Shown one piece after another: positions 1-10,034 of a stretch of DNA of 64,000 nt. Within the stretch, counting starts at the first letter, position 1. Each line of letters begins with the position of its first letter. Below the pieces are notes generated by a model. That model saw only the letters and a program-made list of their open reading frames with translations. It was not told where the DNA came from and made no database searches. The stretch comes from an uncultured Candidatus Saccharibacteria bacterium. Its GTDB lineage: Bacteria; Patescibacteriota; Minisyncoccia; Phycocordibacterales; Zambryskibacteraceae. The position numbers and the translations under genes were made by a program. The stretch spans positions 37,659-101,658 of the forward strand of contig CAYLHJ010000001.1 in NCBI GenBank assembly GCA_964383705.1, in the 5' to 3' direction.

Positions 1-391
1 AGCCACTTCTTCCTAAGATTGTGCTGATTGCAATATACAGAAGGACGAAAAGGAAGCTCATATTGGCTAAATCACGAATGGTTGCCCACGCAATAGTAAT
101 ACCAGTTATGCCATCAATGTTAGATGACATATTTGTAACTGTATATTCCAAAACGGTATTTAACATGAGACCGGAAAACCACAGAATCCAAGAAGCAAGA
201 GCCATAGGTATTTTCAAAAGGGCCGCCGCTACAACGCCAATCGGGTCACAAAGAGCATCTGGTAGAATTGGACAGCCAACACTGTCTTCAGCGTTAGCGG
301 TTTGAAAATTAATTGGTATTACCACAAATACCAAAAGAATAAAAAGTAATCCAATTATTTTCTTATTTTTTTGTAAAAAATTTACAATCAT
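1..391 (-). CDS. Partial (C-terminus off window) small membrane protein: roughly 33 aa signal peptide, then two hydrophobic helices; resembles TrbC/VirB2-type pilin architecture
   Basis: Reverse-complement translation from ATG at 389-391 gives MIVNFLQKNKKIIGLLFILLVFVVIPINFQTANA|EDSVGCP...IGVVAAALLKIPMALASWILWFSGLML...MSFLFVLLYIAISTILG. It starts 1 nt after the stop of the upstream minus-strand gene. The provided plus-strand ORF 21..305 overlaps it and is judged spurious. Confidence 0.4.
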   Translation of the reverse strand, partial: MIVNFLQKNKKIIGLLFILLVFVVIPINFQTANAEDSVGCPILPDALCDPIGVVAAALLKIPMALASWILWFSGLMLNTVLEYTVTNMSSNIDGITGITIAWATIRDLANMSFLFVLLYIAISTILGRSG

Positions 392-392
392 T

Positions 393-1928
393 TTAGTAGA
401 CAATCACTGGATCACAATTTATTGTTCCTGGTTTTGTTGTTGTATCATTGTCAATTACTGTGACACTCAGTGACTGGCTTCCCAAGTGTGAGCCACCATA
501 GAGTCTCTTGAATGTCGGAATATTTGTTGTCTTTGGTAGCCAATCTGTGGTTGGGAAGAAATTACCAGTTGATGGATCAAAGAATCCTTGGGTTGTAGGA
601 CTACTTCCATCCCAGGTATAAGCTTTAAATGACCCAGAGCCTCCGGCAGGTATAACTGTCCAAGTAACATATTCATGGACTGCCACACTTGTTTTATCGG
701 GGAAACAGCTTCCGCCAATTGTTCCATAATTTGAAACATCAACAGCTTGATTGCATTGAATTCTAGAAGTTGTTTGTTGGGGAACTCCGTTTACGGTTTT
801 TGTGCTTGTTATATCAACAGCGGCCGTCTTTGCTCCTGGCGTCATGTAGGTAAAGATATTTGTCGCGGTAGTTCCAGATAAGCCATCCGTTCCACTCCAA
901 GAATAAGTAGGATTGTTTAGGTTCACAGTGGCTACTGTCCAAGTAACTGGAAATCCAACGATTGCTGTATCTGAATCAGGGTAACAGGCTGAAGTTGGAT
1001 TGCCTCCTCCCCCTCCATATCCACCTCCCGACCACGGAGGATTACTATTATTTATAATTCCAGTGGCATTAAATACTCTTCCAACAAGCTGGCCGACAAG
1101 TGCGCTTACAATTTCATCAAATTCATCGGCCAGCTCTAATTGGCTAATCTCTGATCCAAGTGTTTTTTGTAATTGACTTTCAATTACAACACCAGGCGTT
1201 TTTGTTGGTCCGCGCTCAACACATTTTCCATTTGCGTCTTTTCTTATGCAATCGGCGTACGAAAGAAATCCGCTACCCCAATCTAATCTGGCGATTTCAA
1301 TATTTTCCTGACCTTGGATACGAAGAACCAATTCATTTTGCGCAGCAGCTAATGCCCCGTAAGGATTATTTGTTGGTTCCTGGGTTAATGAATACCACCC
1401 AGACCATCCTCCCTGAGAAAAATCACCATCAAGAAATCCTTGAACATTTGAAACTATGTCAGTTAAAGTACATTGTGTGTTATATGGATCACGATCTCTT
1501 CTTAATTTTTGCAAATATAGACGCAAAGAGGCTTCAACATTTAGCTTGAATGGGCTACAGAGAGCGCTCCCCCCAATTGATTGTATGAAATCACCACCGA
1601 CATTGTTTGCGACATCAAGGAGGAAACTTTCTGGATCAGTTGCAAAAGCGGGGTTTCCTTCAAAGCCGTTGTTTATCCAGTCAACGACTTGGTCAGACAT
1701 ATTTTCTAATAGTTTTTTAACAATCATAATCATAACTGAGTCATAAGTAATCCCTTTCACGGTGTGTCCGAATACAGTTAACCCCACTTCTTTGTTTCTC
1801 ACTTCAGCATCAGAAACTGGTATTGGACCTAAGACAGCTTCTGTTTTTGTTGGTTGAAGCAAAAATGGGCCGAGAATTGTTACAACGAGGAACAGAGAGT
1901 ATAGTTTTTTGTTTTTGGCTAAAATCAT
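393..1928 (-). CDS. Secreted protein with signal peptide and a Gly-rich GGGYGGGGGNP segment; function unknown
   Basis: 511-515 aa ORF with N-terminal signal (LFLVVTILGPFLLQPTKTEA). The internal Met at 1926-1928 makes an ATGA overlap with the stop of the upstream gene, suggesting translational coupling. Confidence 0.6.
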   Translation of the reverse strand: MILAKNKKLYSLFLVVTILGPFLLQPTKTEAVLGPIPVSDAEVRNKEVGLTVFGHTVKGITYDSVMIMIVKKLLENMSDQVVDWINNGFEGNPAFATDPESFLLDVANNVGGDFIQSIGGSALCSPFKLNVEASLRLYLQKLRRDRDPYNTQCTLTDIVSNVQGFLDGDFSQGGWSGWYSLTQEPTNNPYGALAAAQNELVLRIQGQENIEIARLDWGSGFLSYADCIRKDANGKCVERGPTKTPGVVIESQLQKTLGSEISQLELADEFDEIVSALVGQLVGRVFNATGIINNSNPPWSGGGYGGGGGNPTSACYPDSDTAIVGFPVTWTVATVNLNNPTYSWSGTDGLSGTTATNIFTYMTPGAKTAAVDITSTKTVNGVPQQTTSRIQCNQAVDVSNYGTIGGSCFPDKTSVAVHEYVTWTVIPAGGSGSFKAYTWDGSSPTTQGFFDPSTGNFFPTTDWLPKTTNIPTFKRLYGGSHLGSQSLSVTVIDNDTTTKPGTINCDPVIVY

Positions 1929-2881
1929 ATTGAATTCCAAAATGCAAACCCGGCCTCGCCGTTTAGAAAAATTATACCATTTGTCGAAATGAAAATTTTT
2001 ATTTCTTGAAGTATTTCTGTTTCATTTACTGTTGCTGTTTCATGTTCTTTTATGCCTAGGGCAGAAATAAGGGGGTCTTCATTTATTAGCTCTATCTTTT
2101 TTAATCCTTGAGCACTTTGTCCGTAGTTATTTAGGAGTTTTAAATGAGTTTCTTTCAGGCCCTGCGGAGCGGGTATTTTTGATAGCTCATCTGCCATGTC
2201 GTGGTAAAGTTCTCCCGCTAAAATAAGATTTTCTATGAATGCAGGGTCATTAACGCCCAAAAAGCTAGAATCATTTATTTTTTGTCCATACATATCGTAG
2301 TATTTTTGGCGGATGAGGGCTATTGTATTTGCATATGATTTTATCCTTATTTTGTCCGAGTCTGGGAATGTTAGAATATCGTTGGCGAAATATAATGTCT
2401 CAGGACTCGATTCTGAAATTTCTATCGCAAGCCTTTCTGTCATTTGGTTTATTACATTTGCGTTTACTTTTCCAGACTGCTTTAAAGCAAGATACTCACT
2501 GAACAGCTGCTTTCCTAAGTTTCCTGTTTTATTGCCATCTTCAGCGAATGAGAAACCGGAGCCACTTTCCGTGTTGCCATTGTTATTTTTTATTGATTCT
2601 TCCTTCCTTTTTACAAAGTCGGCATCAGATTCGCCATCATTATCGCTGTCAGATTTTTGTGGATTTGTTTTCCATATAGTTTCTTCCCAATCTTTTAATC
2701 CGTCATTGTCAGTATCTTTTTCATTTATAATTTGATTTTCTACAGAAATCACCTGAGGTGACCCAGCCTTTAATTCAGAATTTTCTTCCTGCGCATTATT
2801 ATTTTTCAATAAAACAAAACCCCCCAATCCTATAATCACTGGAATAAAAAAGTAAAAGAGTTTTTTAGAAGGAAGGTTCAA
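1925..2881 (-). CDS. N-terminally anchored secreted protein with calcium-binding-type DxDxDG motifs (DTDNDGLKDWEE, DSDNDGESDAD)
   Basis: 318 aa ORF with an N-terminal TM/signal (LFYFFIPVIIGLGGFVLL). First gene of a three-gene minus-strand operon. Confidence 0.55.
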   Translation of the reverse strand: MNLPSKKLFYFFIPVIIGLGGFVLLKNNNAQEENSELKAGSPQVISVENQIINEKDTDNDGLKDWEETIWKTNPQKSDSDNDGESDADFVKRKEESIKNNNGNTESGSGFSFAEDGNKTGNLGKQLFSEYLALKQSGKVNANVINQMTERLAIEISESSPETLYFANDILTFPDSDKIRIKSYANTIALIRQKYYDMYGQKINDSSFLGVNDPAFIENLILAGELYHDMADELSKIPAPQGLKETHLKLLNNYGQSAQGLKKIELINEDPLISALGIKEHETATVNETEILQEIKIFISTNGIIFLNGEAGFAFWNSI

Positions 2882-2978
2882 GGTTGTTAGATGAATTATA
2901 TCAAAAAATATGCTTATTTTTCCTCTTAAAATAGAATATTAATGTGGATAAAAGTTTACCAAGGATTAAGGACTGACT

Positions 2979-4043
2979 TTGGTTGATTTCATATATAATG
3001 TCTTTATGAAAATACGATTTAGGAATTACGGATTCTTACTATTTTTTCTAACAAATATATTATTTTTTGCTCAATCTCCAATAATTAAGTCAGAAACGAT
3101 GCTTCTTAACAGGCATTTAGAATTAGGCGCAAAAGGCCCCGATGTTTTCATTTTGCAGACTATTTTGAATAAGAGTGAAGAAACAAAAATTGCAAATTCA
3201 GGCCCAGGATCTCCTGGGTTTGAGACAGATTATTTTGGTATTCTTACGAAAAAAGCTGTGGAACGATTCCAAAATATTTATAAATCAGAAATTCTTTTTC
3301 CATCGAACTTATTAAACCCAACTGGATATGTTGGAGAAGCGACATTAAGAAAATTAAATTCTGTATTTTTGTCAGACCCTACTAATGGGCATAATGAGGA
3401 TATTAAAATCATCAAGGAAGACAAAAATTTTGTTTCTAAAAATCCAGTACCTATAAATTTTGGGGAGAATAACTTTGTTCACGTTTTTTCAGTTTTTCCA
3501 TATAGGGCTACTCCAGGAGATTCAATTAAAATTACGGGTTCTGGTTTTGGTCTAGATGAAAATATTGTCACTTTTAATAACCTTTATCCTATTAGTAAGT
3601 TGAGAAGCGAAGATGGTTCTACCATCATTACCAAAATACCTGATAATATCCCTTTTGGGGCATATGATATTGCGGTTAGTAATAAATATAAAAAAAATGG
3701 AATAAGTTACGCTAAGGCCAAAGTTTTAGTTAGTGATAAATCATTGCCTCCGCCATCTATTAAGGAAGTTACTCCGAGTAGCAATTCTTTATCAGACACC
3801 ATTACTATTTATGGGAGCGGTTTTTTAAAGGAAGGGAATAATATCTTTTCAAGTCTTGGGGAGATCAAGAATCTTCCTTCCTCGGACGGTAAAACAATAA
3901 AGGTTTCAATTTCATCGTTTCCATTTGCTAACAAACTAAAAGGGCCAGTTGATGTTTCTGGTTTGGATGTGGCAGTGTATTTGTATGTTCAGAATGATAA
4001 CGGAGTCCAAAGTGAACCATCGGTATTTTATATTCGTCTATAA
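2979..4043 (+). CDS. Secreted protein with peptidoglycan-binding domain (PG_binding_1-like) followed by beta-sandwich (IPT/TIG-like) repeats
   Basis: Signal peptide, then RHLELGAKGPDVFILQTILNK...DYFGILTKKAVERFQ, which matches the PG-binding 3-helix motif. Repeated ITGSGFG / TIYGSGF segments follow. Confidence 0.55.
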   Translation: MVDFIYNVFMKIRFRNYGFLLFFLTNILFFAQSPIIKSETMLLNRHLELGAKGPDVFILQTILNKSEETKIANSGPGSPGFETDYFGILTKKAVERFQNIYKSEILFPSNLLNPTGYVGEATLRKLNSVFLSDPTNGHNEDIKIIKEDKNFVSKNPVPINFGENNFVHVFSVFPYRATPGDSIKITGSGFGLDENIVTFNNLYPISKLRSEDGSTIITKIPDNIPFGAYDIAVSNKYKKNGISYAKAKVLVSDKSLPPPSIKEVTPSSNSLSDTITIYGSGFLKEGNNIFSSLGEIKNLPSSDGKTIKVSISSFPFANKLKGPVDVSGLDVAVYLYVQNDNGVQSEPSVFYIRL

Positions 4044-4051
4044 TAAATTAT

Positions 4052-4432
4052 ATGACTTTTGATAAAAAAATTATACTCAGTTTTTGTTTGGTGTTTGTAT
4101 TTTTTTTCCTAATAATTTCTCCTGTCTACGCAATTCCATCAGGCTTGCCATTTGGTGGATTAGTTAACTTCACTCTTCCCTGCACTTGCACAGGTAGTCT
4201 CTATATTTGGTTTACTCCACTTTATTTTGGACCAACCCCAGTGACCGGTTCTCTTGTATTTACTCCTTTTGCTTCCGTCTTATACGAAAATTATCTTATA
4301 GGTGTTCCTAGTATGTGGCATTTGGGTGATTATAAACCAGGAATTCAAGCTTGTTTTATAATTACTCCAGTGGGGTGTATTCCCATACCGTCAGCAGGAG
4401 TTATTGGTCAGGTAGGGACAAGTGTCTACTAA
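4052..4432 (+). CDS. Small secreted Cys-containing hypothetical protein
   Basis: 126 aa ORF with signal peptide (LSFCLVFVFFFLIISPVYA) and no recognisable domain. Confidence 0.4.
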   Translation: MTFDKKIILSFCLVFVFFFLIISPVYAIPSGLPFGGLVNFTLPCTCTGSLYIWFTPLYFGPTPVTGSLVFTPFASVLYENYLIGVPSMWHLGDYKPGIQACFIITPVGCIPIPSAGVIGQVGTSVY

Positions 4433-5198
4433 GACACCACCACTCTTTTAGGGAGAGATTTTCTGGTCTTGATAATTTTGGAATCTTGCAGGTGGAAAGG
4501 ATACTTTCAATACTATCTGAATAGGAATTTAGTGTTTTTTTTAACATCTTTCTTTTTTGGCCAAACGCAGTTTTGACTACATTAAAGTATTTTTCTTCAG
4601 ATAAATTGGCAAAGAAATCTTTGGAAATGTTTTCGATAGACAAAATTGCAGAATCTACTTTTGGTTTTGGAGAGAATAATTCCTTTTTAACTGTTTGAAT
4701 ATATTTCGGGTTTCCATAGGATTTTACTGATATGGAAAGAATACTTTCTTTTCCATCATTCGCCACGATTCTTTTCGCTACCTCTTTTTGTAGTAAAAAA
4801 ACAATTTGTGTTGGTTGGCAATTGCCTCCGAGAAGTTTTTTAATTAGTGCGCCAGAAATATAATATGGGATATTTGCTATCGCTTTGTATGGTTGTTTTA
4901 AATTTGGAATGTTAGGAAAAATTTCTAGAATATCTCCATATATTAAAATTAATTTGCCTGATTGTATTTCTTTAGAAAAAATCTCCTTCAAATATTGAAT
5001 AAGACGGGCGTCTTTTTCTACAGCAATAACGGTGGCCCCCCTTATAAGAATTTGTTTAGTGAGAATCCCTTTTCCTGGTCCAATTTCAAGGATGAGATTG
5101 TCTTCTGCAATATTTCCAGCAGAAACGATGGTTTTTACTATTGCATTACTTTTTAAAAAATTTTGTCCGAGTGATTTTTTAGCGTACATAAATATCAA
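4401..5198 (-). CDS. rsmA: 16S rRNA (adenine1518/1519-N6) dimethyltransferase
   Basis: KsgA hallmark LGQNFL plus an SAM-binding EIGPGKGILT motif. Abuts the stop of the upstream helicase gene. Confidence 0.85.
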   Translation of the reverse strand: MIFMYAKKSLGQNFLKSNAIVKTIVSAGNIAEDNLILEIGPGKGILTKQILIRGATVIAVEKDARLIQYLKEIFSKEIQSGKLILIYGDILEIFPNIPNLKQPYKAIANIPYYISGALIKKLLGGNCQPTQIVFLLQKEVAKRIVANDGKESILSISVKSYGNPKYIQTVKKELFSPKPKVDSAILSIENISKDFFANLSEEKYFNVVKTAFGQKRKMLKKTLNSYSDSIESILSTCKIPKLSRPENLSLKEWWCLSRHLSLPDQ

Positions 5199-7168
5199 AA
5201 ATCAATACTAAAAATTGGTTTACGAAGCAAGCCAAAAGTCCCTTCCTCCCTGATTATTGAAGAGTCTGGTATATCAAAAACAAATTCCGAAGGTAGATTA
5301 ACTTGTTTTACGCCGAAGAGAGTTCTTGTTTGTGAGTGAGAAATAAATAGTTTTTTTCGTGCTCGAGTTATTGCAACATAAAACAATCTGCGTTCCTCCT
5401 CATCGTCTTCATTTTTAATAATTTTTTCATTGTCTCTTTTGTGTGGGAAAAGACCATCTTCGAGTCCCACAATGAATACGTAATCAAACTCAAGCCCTTT
5501 TGCGGCGTGGACGGTCATAAGCTTAACCCCCGCCTTATTGTTATCTAATTCATCCTGGTCACTCTGAAGACTTGCATTTGTTAAAAATTGCTCAATTCCC
5601 ACTGTGCCAATTGTCTGGTCATAGCGGGACGCTATCGTGGCAAGCTCCCTTATGTTTTCTAGGCGGTCTTCTTCACCACCCAACTTCCCTTCAAGCATTT
5701 CTCCAATCCCGCTTTTTTTTATAACAAATTTTACGGTCTCTGACGGTTTAGAAGTTTTTGCTATAGTCTGAATATCAATAAGTAGTTTCCTAAATTTTTC
5801 ATATTCAATACGGGCTTGTCGTGGTAGTTCTTCTATTTTTCCTTCTAATATTTTTAATAATGACACTTTGCCAATACCACGGGTTGGCACGTTTACGATT
5901 CTTTTTAAGTCAGAGATATTGTCTGGCTCCAATGCTAATCTAATGTAACAGAGGATGTCTTTCACCTCTTTTCTTTCAAAAAAGCGAGTGCCAATGAGCT
6001 GATACGATATTCCATAAGAAATAAATGCTTCTTCCAGCACTCTTGATTGGAAATTAGCTCTATAGAGGACTGCGATTTCTTCACTCGGTATTCCATTTGC
6101 GATTAATCCCCCCACTTTTGTTGCGACGAATTCTGATTCGCTGACCTCGTCAAAACCTTCAAAAATAGAAATCTGCTCTCCTGTTGGATTTTTCGTATAT
6201 AGATTTTTTTCTTTCCTAAATATGTTCTTTTTGATTATGGCATTGGCCGCTTCAAGGATTATTTTAGTTGATCTGTAATTCTCTTCGAGGATGACAACTT
6301 TTGTTCCTGGATAATCTTTTTCGAAATCTAGAATATTTTTTAATCTTGCCCCTCGCCAACTATAAATATTTTGATCAATATCGCCAACTGCGCATATGTT
6401 CGGATTTTCTCCGGCAATATGTTTGGCGATTTTATATTGAATAATGTTAGTGTCTTGATATTCGTCGATGTGAATATATTGCCATTTTGATTGATAGTAT
6501 TGTCTAATATCTTCTTTTTGGAGAAGTTTCTCGGTTTTGGTAAGTAGGTCATCAAAATCTAAAGCTTTTTCGGCTTTTAATTGAAGCTCGTATTCTTTCC
6601 AGATTTTTGCCACGATATTTCCCAAATAATCTTCTTCTGTCGCTTGTTCATAATCTTCTTGTGAAACTCCAGCGCATTTTTCTTTAGAAATTATTGAAAG
6701 CATTTTACCTGGCTCGAATTGTTTAGGATCAAGCCCGGCCTTTTTTAGGGCATTTTTTATTAGACTCTTGGAATCGTTTCGGTCAAATATAGTGAAATGT
6801 TTAGGTAAAGCCAAAATATTAGATTGTTCTCTTAATATGTGAACGCCAAGAGAGTGAAATGTGCTTACAAAAGGCGTTTCTTCTAAACTAATAGGCCTGT
6901 TAAGCTCAGGATCTTTGAGAGCAATGATTATGCGTTCTCGCATCTCACTTGCTGCTTTGTTGGTAAAAGTTATGGCTAATATTTTTGAAGGCGCCACCCC
7001 AGTTTTTATGAGATTTTTAACTCTCTCTACTATTGTTCTTGTCTTTCCTGCCCCAGCGCCAGCCAGTATAAGCACGGGCCCCGTCAAAGTACTCGAAGCT
7101 TCTTTTTGAGCAGCATTTAATCCTGACATTGTGACACTATAGCACAGTAAATAGCCGTTTTTTGACAA
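5195..7168 (-). CDS. pcrA: ATP-dependent DNA helicase, UvrD/PcrA family
   Basis: LNAAQKEA...LILAGAGAGKTRTIVERV Walker A and overall SF1 helicase motifs. True start may be the internal MSGLNAAQ (around 7129). Confidence 0.85.
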   Translation of the reverse strand: MSKNGYLLCYSVTMSGLNAAQKEASSTLTGPVLILAGAGAGKTRTIVERVKNLIKTGVAPSKILAITFTNKAASEMRERIIIALKDPELNRPISLEETPFVSTFHSLGVHILREQSNILALPKHFTIFDRNDSKSLIKNALKKAGLDPKQFEPGKMLSIISKEKCAGVSQEDYEQATEEDYLGNIVAKIWKEYELQLKAEKALDFDDLLTKTEKLLQKEDIRQYYQSKWQYIHIDEYQDTNIIQYKIAKHIAGENPNICAVGDIDQNIYSWRGARLKNILDFEKDYPGTKVVILEENYRSTKIILEAANAIIKKNIFRKEKNLYTKNPTGEQISIFEGFDEVSESEFVATKVGGLIANGIPSEEIAVLYRANFQSRVLEEAFISYGISYQLIGTRFFERKEVKDILCYIRLALEPDNISDLKRIVNVPTRGIGKVSLLKILEGKIEELPRQARIEYEKFRKLLIDIQTIAKTSKPSETVKFVIKKSGIGEMLEGKLGGEEDRLENIRELATIASRYDQTIGTVGIEQFLTNASLQSDQDELDNNKAGVKLMTVHAAKGLEFDYVFIVGLEDGLFPHKRDNEKIIKNEDDEEERRLFYVAITRARKKLFISHSQTRTLFGVKQVNLPSEFVFDIPDSSIIREEGTFGLLRKPIFSIDF

Positions 7169-7200
7169 AAAGTTATATCCACATGCTAGTGTTTTTTTGA

Positions 7201-7230
7201 TTGACTCGGTCTCTTATATGAAGATATAAT
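7201..7230 (+). promoter_or_regulatory. Sigma70-like promoter (TTGACT-18-TATAAT) upstream of the LysM/M23 gene
   Basis: TTGACT at 7201-7206 and TATAAT at 7225-7230, followed by a roughly 180 nt leader before the ATG at 7411. Confidence 0.35.
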
Positions 7231-7410
7231 GATTATGTTTTTAGATAAATACCAATTCACTTTTATGGCTCTGTTGAGCCATAAGTTGTTCAGGAAGACA
7301 GAATTATCATTATTTTTAGGCCTATATTACCTTTCCTTCGTTTCTTTAGATTTAGAAAAATTATATTTAAAGCTTCTCTTTGGGGGAAATTATCATTATT
7401 TTCCGGCATC

Positions 7411-8406
7411 TTGAGGCATAAATTAGTTGTAGCAATTCTTCTTTTTGCTATACCACTTGGTGTAAGTGCTGGACTACTTTCTTTATTCAATAGCTTATTT
7501 TCTCCTGCACCGAGAAGCAATACCTTCGCTCATAATTCACAGAATATTCCTCTTTTGCAGGCCGCACTAAATACTAATCCAAATCCTATCTCTGGTGGTG
7601 GTGATATTACGATAGTCGGTGGGACGGCTCTTTTCTCCGAAAGTGGCATGCTCGGTGGTTTGGCGGAAAACCAAAAAGATCAAGCAAGTTCTGATCAAAT
7701 AAGTATATATGTTGTTCGTGAAGGCGACACCTTAGGTGCTATAGCAAGAATGTTTGGTGTTTCAGTAAATACTATAAGGTGGAATAACGATATAAGTGGG
7801 TCGACAATCTCTCCCGGCCAAACTCTCACTATTCTTCCAGTTTCCGGTATTCGTCATACTGTAAAAAGCGGAGACACATTAAGCAGTATCGTCAAAAAGT
7901 ATAAGGGTGACATTGAGGATGTTAAAAAATATAACAACATAAATAGCTCAACTAAACTTGCTGTTGGCGATATTGTTATTATTCCTGACGGAGAAATAGG
8001 TTATGAAAATTCTGGCTCAGGAAGCCAATCAAGAATTAGATTTACTGAGGCAACAAAAGTCTATGAAGGTTACTATATGCGCCCAACTACTGGCCCAAAG
8101 ACACAAGGTGTTCATGGATATAACGGTGTAGATATCGCTCCTCAGCGAGGCACTCCAATTGTCGCATCAGCAAAAGGCAATGTCATCATTAGTAAGAATT
8201 CAGGATGGAATGGCGGTTATGGAAAATACGTGGTTATACAGCATTCAAACGGGACCCAAACTTTGTATGCACATATGGACGAAACATCTGTTACTCAGGG
8301 GGCAAGTGTTGCCCAAGGGGAGGTTATAGGTTATGTTGGCGCAACAGGCAAAGCAACAGGACCACATCTTCACTTTGAGATTCGTGGTGCAAAAAATCCG
8401 TTTTAA
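7411..8406 (+). CDS. Secreted cell-wall hydrolase: two LysM domains plus M23 (LytM) metallopeptidase domain
   Basis: Signal peptide. LysM repeats (YVVREGDTLGAIARMFGVSVNTIRWNN; HTVKSGDTLSSIVKKY). M23 motifs YAHMDE and GATGKATGPHLHFEIR. Confidence 0.85.
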   Translation: MRHKLVVAILLFAIPLGVSAGLLSLFNSLFSPAPRSNTFAHNSQNIPLLQAALNTNPNPISGGGDITIVGGTALFSESGMLGGLAENQKDQASSDQISIYVVREGDTLGAIARMFGVSVNTIRWNNDISGSTISPGQTLTILPVSGIRHTVKSGDTLSSIVKKYKGDIEDVKKYNNINSSTKLAVGDIVIIPDGEIGYENSGSGSQSRIRFTEATKVYEGYYMRPTTGPKTQGVHGYNGVDIAPQRGTPIVASAKGNVIISKNSGWNGGYGKYVVIQHSNGTQTLYAHMDETSVTQGASVAQGEVIGYVGATGKATGPHLHFEIRGAKNPF

Positions 8407-8469
8407 TCCGGATTTGCTTCTTCCCATTTATTGAAATGGGCGGAATCAAATCTAGATAATGTGCCAAGA

Positions 8470-8497
8470 AAAATCGAGAGCTTGCTCTCGATTTTTC
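8470..8497. terminator. Bidirectional intrinsic terminator hairpin
   Basis: aaaaatcgagagc ttgc tctcgattttt: GC stem flanked by A/T runs between convergent genes. Confidence 0.5.
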
Positions 8498-10023
8498 TAT
8501 TGTCTTTTTGGTCTATATTGTATAGCTTCCAATACATGTCTTGGTAAAACTTTCTCACTTTTTTCTAAATCAGCGATTGTTCTAGAGATTTTTATTATTT
8601 TATGATAGACGCGGGGAGAAAGTGATAACTGTAAAGCCGAAGAATTTAAGATTGCTCTAGTTTCTTCGTCCATTTCGACATGCGAAACAAGATCTCGCAC
8701 AGACATTTCTGCATTTGTTCTTAAATTAGCATTTTTGCCAAATCTTTTTTGTTGTAATTTGCGTGCAAGTATAATCCTTTCTCTAACTAATTCAGAGGAT
8801 TCTCCAATATTTTCTCCTGAAAGTTTTTCATGATCGATTCTTGGGACTTCAAGCCAAATATCAATACGTTCAATAATTGGCCCAGATATTTTTCTCTGGT
8901 ATCGCAATAATTGAATTGGTGAGCAAACACATTCTTTACCTCTAAATCCGTAATTACCACAAGGACAGGGATTCATGGCAGCCACCAATATAAAATTTGC
9001 TGGAAACTGGGCACTTCCTTTTGCCCGAGAAACCGAGACGACCCTGTCTTCCAATGGTTGTCTGAGGGCTTCTATTACTCTTCGTTCAAATTCTGCGAAT
9101 TCATCTAAAAAGAGAACGCCTTTGTGGGCGAGCGTTACTTCTCCTGGTTTTGGGGTCGCTCCTCCACCAACAATTGCGACGTAAGAGGCTGTATGATGAG
9201 GAGAACGAAAAGGAGACTCGGTTACAAGAGAATCATGTAGCGTCCCGGAGACGGAATGTATCCCAGTGACTTCCAAAATTTCTTCAAAAGAAAGTTCTGG
9301 TAATACTCCGGCAAAAGCTTTTGCAAGCATAGTCTTTCCTGTGCCTGGAGGCCCATATAAGGCCACGTTGTGGCCACCGGCAGCGGCTATTTCCAACCCT
9401 CGCTTTGCGGTTTCTTGTCCACGAATGTCTTTTAGGTCAACTGTTGGAGTATTTCTGCTTCTCATAATTTCAGTCTTTGGTTGGGGGTTTAATTTTTTTA
9501 CGTTATTATCGTTGAGATGGTCAATGATATCTGTAAGACTTTCTGCTCCATAAATTATTACCCCGTCAATAAGAGCCGCCTCAACTGCGTTTTCTTTTGG
9601 CACGAATATATGATCGAAACCTCTTTTTTGAGACTCTCGAACAAGAGGGAGAGTTCCGGTAATTGGTCGCAGTTTTCCATCTAGGGCTAATTCTCCAAGG
9701 AAAATCATTTTTTCTGGATGAAATTTAATTTCTTCTGTTGCAAGCAAATAGGCTATTGCCATAGCTAAATCAAATGCGGGGCCCTCTTTCTTGATATCTG
9801 CGGGAGCTAGCGATATAACAACTTTTTCGTTTTTGTTTTTTGGTGATTTGAATCCAGAATTTTTTATAGCAGCAGATATTCGATCACGGGATTCTTCCAC
9901 AGCTTTGTCTGGTAGTCCAACAATGGAAAAAGAGTGGAGACCTTTTGATAAATCAACTTCTACATCAATAATGTGCGCTTTGAGTAAGGATGTTTGTGCG
10001 CTATGAACTTTGGCGAAGCTCAT
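8497..10023 (-). CDS. comM: Mg-chelatase-like AAA+ ATPase YifB/ComM family
   Basis: N-terminal Lon-like domain, then VALYGPPGTGKTMLAKAFAGVLP Walker A, with a C-terminal ChlI-like region. Confidence 0.8.
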   Translation of the reverse strand: MSFAKVHSAQTSLLKAHIIDVEVDLSKGLHSFSIVGLPDKAVEESRDRISAAIKNSGFKSPKNKNEKVVISLAPADIKKEGPAFDLAMAIAYLLATEEIKFHPEKMIFLGELALDGKLRPITGTLPLVRESQKRGFDHIFVPKENAVEAALIDGVIIYGAESLTDIIDHLNDNNVKKLNPQPKTEIMRSRNTPTVDLKDIRGQETAKRGLEIAAAGGHNVALYGPPGTGKTMLAKAFAGVLPELSFEEILEVTGIHSVSGTLHDSLVTESPFRSPHHTASYVAIVGGGATPKPGEVTLAHKGVLFLDEFAEFERRVIEALRQPLEDRVVSVSRAKGSAQFPANFILVAAMNPCPCGNYGFRGKECVCSPIQLLRYQRKISGPIIERIDIWLEVPRIDHEKLSGENIGESSELVRERIILARKLQQKRFGKNANLRTNAEMSVRDLVSHVEMDEETRAILNSSALQLSLSPRVYHKIIKISRTIADLEKSEKVLPRHVLEAIQYRPKRQ

Positions 10024-10034
10024 AGATTTTTTTG

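Noticed and set aside
21-305. Provided plus-strand ORF (94 aa)
   Set aside because: It fully overlaps the minus-strand signal-peptide/TM protein (1-391), which has a sensible start directly after the upstream stop. The plus-strand product has no features.
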